This document shows, in pieces, positions 47,125 to 52,889 of a stretch of DNA of 52,889 nucleotides. The first letter of the stretch is position 1. Each line of letters opens with the position of its first letter. The translations under genes were made by a program, and so were the position numbers. The notes under the pieces are model-generated. The model searched no databases, was not told the DNA's origin, and saw only the letters and a list, made by a program, of their open reading frames with translations. The stretch is from Callorhinchus milii (lineage: Eukaryota), in assembly GCF_018977255.1 (NCBI RefSeq), contig NW_024705341.1, forward strand, positions 1-52,889, given 5' to 3'.

Positions 47125-47969
47125 ATGGGCACTTTACGTTCTGGGTGACGCTCGCTGCTTTCCTGATAGGTAATCAATGAATGCAATGTCGATGATCAAC
47201 AATGATTGCATCGCTTTTGTTGGTGGAGTCATGTAGCTCAGTGTTTGAATCCTTCGCTTCGCAAGCGAGAGACCCGGGTTCGATTCCCGTCAGGTCGAAA
47301 TATTGGGCAAGTTTCCTCACTCCACGCACAACAAGTAGGAATACTGAATCTTAGTCTATCAACCAAAAAGGTGGAACGCATTTCGGGGGCAATACAGCCT
47401 TCAAAACCAATTAATGGTAGATTGATCCATGAATTGTTTGTGAAATACTAGAGTGCGCAATTGGCTGCCGCGTTTACAGTGCAGAATATATTCAACTCAC
47501 TTTACAAGTATTCTGTTAAGCTCCTTGTGATGTCTCGACGATTTGATAAGGCGATATAACAAATATGGATTATTTATTGATTAAATCTGTTGATTGTTAA
47601 TTTTGTTTTACAATTTGTTTCAGGTCTGACCGGTGGAGATTCCGTTAAGCAGATCGTGCATTCAGTCACCAAGAGAGAAGGGGCACAAGTGGATTTGGAC
47701 AGTAATTATGTTACATCGCTGAATGAGTATTGTCTACACTGGTACCGAAAACACCCAGTGGGACAACCGGTTTATATTCTTCAGACTTAGAAACCTTCTT
47801 ATGGACATAAAGCGGATTTTGCTCAATCTCGTTTCTCGGTCGAGCTGCAGACGTCGAGAAAATCCAGCAAGTTAACCATCTCCGTGTTAGAGCTGTCTGA
47901 CTCAGCTGTGTATTACTGTGCAGTCAGCCCCACAGTAATAGAAAACAGTCACAGCCTCGTACAATAACT
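47125..47969 (+). pseudogene. 'Vb' copy 2 (leader 47125-47169, V 47624-47930)
   Basis: Leader 1 nt short (frameshift); QVDLDSNY...EYCLHWYRK; TAG at 47788-90; cacagta-23-acaataact. Confidence 0.85.
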
Positions 47970-49115
47970 CTCCGAGCTGTGTGAACTGGCGCTGATGCGA
48001 CCATTCTGTTTTCAGGAAGTCTGTCTCACAGGAACGGCGTTCATCGCAAGTCAATCTGTCTGCTGAAGGTTCACAAAATTGTATGTCACTGTAAATGCAG
48101 AGGGTAAAATAATCAGCGGATTGAGCACAACAGGCGCGATTCTATTGGATTACTTTGAGCTGCTAATGCAACACAAAAAAGTAAAACTCTAGCATTTTGA
48201 CTCTAAGCTATAAGATGGGTTGCAGAAGACATTCCAAGTGTAAATCCCTTCCGCGAACAGCAGTATATTTAGCATTGTGTACCACTTTGTAACTTCGCCC
48301 GACATAATTATAATAATAATCCTTGGATTTGATGTATCGCCTTATCGCAGCTTCGATTTGTTTCATAGCGCCGGCATCCAATTTTCACACTGACATATCC
48401 CACAAACTACCCAGGAAATTGATGTTATCAAAGCACCTGAAGAAATGAAGATCTGCGGAGTTCTGCGGCTTATCGTGTAGAGATCGCTTCTCAAACGTCA
48501 GAGGACCTGGGTTCGATTGCTGGGCAGGACGAAACGTTGAGCAAGTTCCATTAGTTTACATGACACTGTACACCAAGCAGAAAGCATCTGTAATTTGTTG
48601 ATTTCTGGATTGCTCTCGGGGGGAAATCATAATAACATTGTTAAAAGGAATAATAATGTGTTGATCATTGAATCCCAGATTGTTTGCCTGCAAAGCTGAA
48701 AGCCAATTCAATTTATAATGATAATTCTTGCATTTCGTATAGCGCATTGTCCAGCCTTGGGGACGTCCCAAATCGAATCTCTGTATATCCTCTCGAGGGA
48801 AATAAATATATATTAAGTGAGTGAAATGCACCAGTAAATGACGCACAGCATTGACTCATGAACAGATGTCGATTAAGTGACTCTCTTGTTATTAATATTA
48901 CAAACTATGGAAAGCGATTTTCCAATCGGATAACAAGAGGGTTCCTGCTTACTGCTTGGAAAACGGTACGCAAAAGCAACAGTGTACAAATGCCAGTGGC
49001 AATAGTTGCTCTATTCAGTGTTGTATTTGAACTATTACACTGACAAATTACCCTTTGGGGCTCAGAACAGATCAACATAATAGTGAGGCCAGGATTTAAT
49101 GTCTGGAACGAGGGA

Positions 49116-49175
49116 TTCAGTATCTATGGCCTCACAGTGACTGACATCGGGCTGTGTTGCAGTACTCTGAGCCTC
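49116..49175 (+). pseudogene. 'Vy' FR3 remnant
   Basis: FSIYGLTVTDIGLCCSTLSL; the upstream region is homologous to about 8940-9067. Confidence 0.55.
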
Positions 49176-49281
49176 AGGTGATATAAGCCACTGGAAATCT
49201 CGACACATTATTATTACAATAATTGCTTTACTTCAAGTTTGGCATCAAATATGAAGGCAGAGTTGAACTATGGCCCAGTGG

Positions 49282-49294
49282 CCTCTGGAGGGCG
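49282..49294 (+). promoter_or_regulatory. Candidate CTCF site
   Basis: cctctggagggcg, same context as 22501. Confidence 0.45.
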
Positions 49295-49929
49295 ACAAGT
49301 TACTATTACTTATCAAGTCATGATGCTAAAGGTTTTTGCCAACGAAAATCGTGATATTACAAACTTTTGCAGTGCTTTCTTTTGGGGAGGTCAACAAATG
49401 CCTATACCATTCATCATGCTTAAGATTCACCAAACCAAGATGAGATTTCCATGCATCCTACATATACTTGGAGATGCCAGAGATTGGTTATCGGAATGGA
49501 ATACCAACTCTCTGCCTGGTAATACACATCAGTAAATAATTCCGGAGATTATAAATTGCTGGTTGGCAAGCGCAAAGGCGTGGCGACCCCTGAGTTAGCG
49601 TTGGGTATCTAATTGATTCCAACTGGTTAAAAACACACAGCGTGCAGATGACATCGCTGGCTGGCAAGCTTTCCCGCTGTTTGTCCAATTATCACCATCT
49701 TTCCCGTTGGAACTTCATCTTGTTGGATTAACAGAAGCTGTGAGACAGCATTCCCCGCCCTCAGTGACTGGTGAAAGCCGCTCTATCAAAGCAATTGGTT
49801 GTTGTATTGAAACGCGGCTGAGATGCCAATGAGATGACGTGAGACTGTGGCTCCGCCAATGCCGACAATCACTGCGGGTTATGAGCAAACTGATGGCACA
49901 GACACAGACAAACAGACGGAATAGCAGCA

Positions 49930-50966
49930 ATGAGGCTCTTTGCTGTCTGTCTTGTGCTGGGAACCTTTATGTCAGGTGAGGCCCTGTTGAGCTAATTCAG
50001 TGTTGCTGCTGATGGTCGGCTTCATTTCAACAACTACTGGTGGGGGTAAACCTATAGCTCTGTGTTTAGTGCACTCGGCTCTCAAGCGAGTGGACCTTAC
50101 TTCGATTCCTGGGCAGGGTGCAAATATTTGGAGGGTTCGTTACTCCACAGAAACGCCTCACTTTACCAATCAGTCATTCGGAACTCCTTCGCTGTATAAA
50201 CCTCGGAGTACAAATCTTCCAAATTAAAATCATTTCTCTACACAAATGTTTTTAGAGCTTTGGCGCATCTCCTTTTCAGGGGCAACAATACGTTAAATTT
50301 TTTTCAAGTAGTAGTTTGTTACAACCTCCACGACTCTTCTTGGGTTCCTGCTATGCATAATTGTTTGCCGCTTTTGGCCCGCAAAAATACAGAGCACTCC
50401 GCTTCACAATTTCTTCTGTGAAGCACGTTGATGCGTATCAATGACAACCTCAGGTGTTATTTAAAATGAAAATTTAAAATTATTGTTACTTCATTACTCA
50501 CAATGCGCGTTTCTATAGCGCCTTTCTCGTTGGGAGGACATCCCCAGGCGATTAAAAAACAACTCAGGCAAAGAGTGATTAATAAATTGTCGTACTTTTC
50601 CATGTTTATTACAGATCACGCTGACGGGGCCTCTGTTAGTCAGAATGCTGCCCCGATGGTGAGGACAGAAGGAGAAACTGTGAATTTTCAGTGTACTTAT
50701 TCCACTACTGATAGGTATTACCATCTCTACTTGTACCGACATTACCCAGACAAGCAGCCAGAGCTTTTCGTTGCGAGCTATTCTGGGGATGACAAACAAT
50801 ACCAAGGAACAGGAACTGAAAATCGTTTCTCTGCTCAGCTACGGGAATCCAATTCATCCACCAGTTTCTCTTTGTCTGTGCTGATGGTGTCTGATAGCGC
50901 TGTGTATCACTGTGCTTTGAGTCTCACCACAGTGATTGACAGCCCTGCAAGTCTCGGACAAAAACT
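49930..50966 (+). CDS. 'Va' copy 5, open reading frame but Trp41 changed to Leu (leader 49930-49975, V 50615-50927)
   Basis: MRLFAVCLVLGTFMS; FQCTYS...HLYLYRHYP...SDSAVYHCALSLT; cacagtg-23-acaaaaact. Confidence 0.85.
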
Positions 50967-52144
50967 TCCTTCAATTTTATACAGGGATGATCTGTCGGTT
51001 GAAGTGTGTGCGGAAACTTGGTCAGGCCTTGAGGCCCTGCGGAGAGCAGACATTTCAGTCTCCAGACTCAAAGGAAACCACATTCACCTGACATCAACTT
51101 GTCAGCTAAACTTTCACAACATTATCTGTCACAGTAAATGCAGACCACCGTTAGTGAACTAGATAGGCGTTACAGGCCCAATTGTTGTTAGTTAACTTCA
51201 GTTTGCAAATAAAATAAAAGCCAATCCTGTTTCTTTTGTTTTTTGTGAATTTACACGGAGTCGTGTGGCGGAGAGGGAACAGCAGTCGTCTGACAAACTG
51301 GAGGACCCTGCTTCAATTCTGTGCAGGGTCAAACCTTAGGCAAGTTACCTTACTCCAAACACAGACCGCTGTTTATCTCGCAGTGACAAAGATCCCGGGT
51401 GTGAATCGATCGGCACATCGCTTTTCCGGGGGAGAATAATTCCTTCAAGAACAGTTTTGGTCACTCAATCCATGACTGTTCAGGTGAGTGCTAAATATCC
51501 CACGGAACGACTCGAAACGATTAGCTATATCCCGACAGATCCAATTGAGGGTCCTGGTAGATATGGTATTGATAGCGTATTGAGTGTAGTGTTTGTGGAG
51601 GTCGCTGAGCTTCGGTGGTAGCATCTAAAGTTGGAAGAGGATCTACGACATCTCCTAAAACGATTGTGTCCCCTTTGCCTCATTCAGTGCTCGTCTGAAC
51701 ACCATCCTTCCCAACCGAGTTTTCAGTGATCATCCCTCGTCCACCCACCATCCTCTCTCCCCTCTCTAATCCCGAATACAAACGCCTTTACTCTCCAGCG
51801 ACTAAGGATATCCCAGCCACCTCAAACATGTTACTTATTGCTGTTTATTGTTGTAATTGATCTCCAAAGGCGCTTTATCAAATTCAAGGATTAGTATCAT
51901 CCTTCCTCAGCAAACATTTATCCACAGCAGCTTTGACATCATCTTGTGGTGGCTCTGAAATCATTGAGCATGTAAATGAGTGTAGCCCAACGCCCATATT
52001 TAGCGGCGTGACAATGTCACGGGGTAAGTGTGTCAAGGAAACGCTGCTGTGGGGTCACGGATGTGATGTTGAAACCCTTCACCGTCGACATACACATTGA
52101 ATCATCAAACTCTAACGGCAAAGTCTTCTTTCTCAAGAGCGACA

Positions 52145-52889
52145 ATGTGGCTGTTCATCGAATACTTTCTCACATTGAGCTTTATGTCAGGTGAGGCTGT
52201 GAAACATACAGTACAGATTAATATTGATATAGAGACGTTTTCATCAGTAGGATGATGGGTCATTGCGTTTGGCAGACCTGGTTGGTCAACCGAGCTGGGT
52301 TTGTTAGTTGAGATGTTAGCAATGGAATGCTGGTAATAGTAATTTTTATGTTTGATAAAACGCCTTCATATAATGAAGGCGTCACAAAGTGAGTCTCAGT
52401 ATTCATGGACAAGTCAACTGACCGCATATGTTGTGAGGGAAACGGGGCATTCATTTGTGCACATCACACTTCCACAAAAAGTGGTGGATTGAGTGACCAC
52501 GTTTATTGTTTATACTTTATTATCCGAGGAAAAGCTTCCGCCAATCTTCCAACAACTGGATTCCGACTTATTGCTTGGTAAACAGAGGCGTTTATGCGTA
52601 CTACGGAAACTTGCCTAAGGTTTCTCCCTCTCCTGCCCGGGAATTGAACCCTGATCCGAACGCTTGCGAGGCGAGTGCACAAACCACTGAACTACAGAAC
52701 TGCAATAGCTCTATGTTTGATTTTGATCCTTTCCTCTCGTTGCAGATGTGGTGGTGGGAGATTCAGTCAGAGAACAGACAGCGGGGCTGAACAAACAAGA
52801 GGGAGACACAGTGAGTCTGAGCTGCTCATACATTACCAGCTCGTCCTATGCTGCTCTGTACTGGTACAGACATCACCCAGGTCTGGCTC
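52145..52889 (+). CDS. V alpha/delta gene, runs off window end (leader 52145-52190, V from 52746)
   Basis: Leader MWLFIEYFLTLSFMS with gtgagg donor; acceptor ttgcag; VVVGDSVREQ...VSLSCSYITSSSYAALYWYRHHPG. Confidence 0.85.
52610..52700 (-). mobile_element. tRNA-derived SINE head (antisense) in V intron
   Basis: gggaattgaaccc...cgcttgcgaggcgagtgcacaaaccactgaactac. Confidence 0.7.

Noticed and set aside
47225-47300. tRNA-Ala(CGC)-like sequence (also about 45165, 18020, 8670, 855)
   Set aside because: A and B boxes are present but acceptor stems do not pair, copies are divergent, and each continues into a common SINE body; these are SINE heads, not tRNA genes.
1-52889. CRISPR arrays, prokaryotic operons or intact autonomous transposon ORFs
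   Set aside because: None seen. Repeats are dispersed SINE/LINE fragments and gene duplicates, and the LINE pieces are short and interrupted.

Overview
Vertebrate antigen-receptor V-gene array, all on the + strand. It is best interpreted as part of the TCR alpha/delta locus of a cartilaginous fish (taxon inferred from the gene architecture). No C region lies in the window. It holds NAR-TCR-type cassettes (leader, NAR-like V with 22-bp RSS, 12/12-RSS D, 23-RSS J with a D-G-x-G motif), typically followed by a leaderless 'supporting' V-delta exon with a 23-RSS. There are three complete V-D-J cassettes (2620-4175, 15203-16767, 36775-38329), one truncated V-D fragment (23755-24268) and five supporting V-delta copies. 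About 12 conventional V alpha/delta genes and pseudogenes of several families are interspersed with them, along with tRNA-derived SINEs, CR1/L2 fragments and microsatellites. The standout is an in-frame, germline-joined NAR-TCR VDJ exon (39821-40171) with no detectable leader. It sits between a V-D-J cassette and an intact supporting V-delta, and all splice phases are compatible. This predicts either a pre-formed NAR domain or a three-V-domain TCR delta chain, architecturally reminiscent of marsupial TCRmu Vmu-j. All coordinates and translations were read by hand; no database searches were run.
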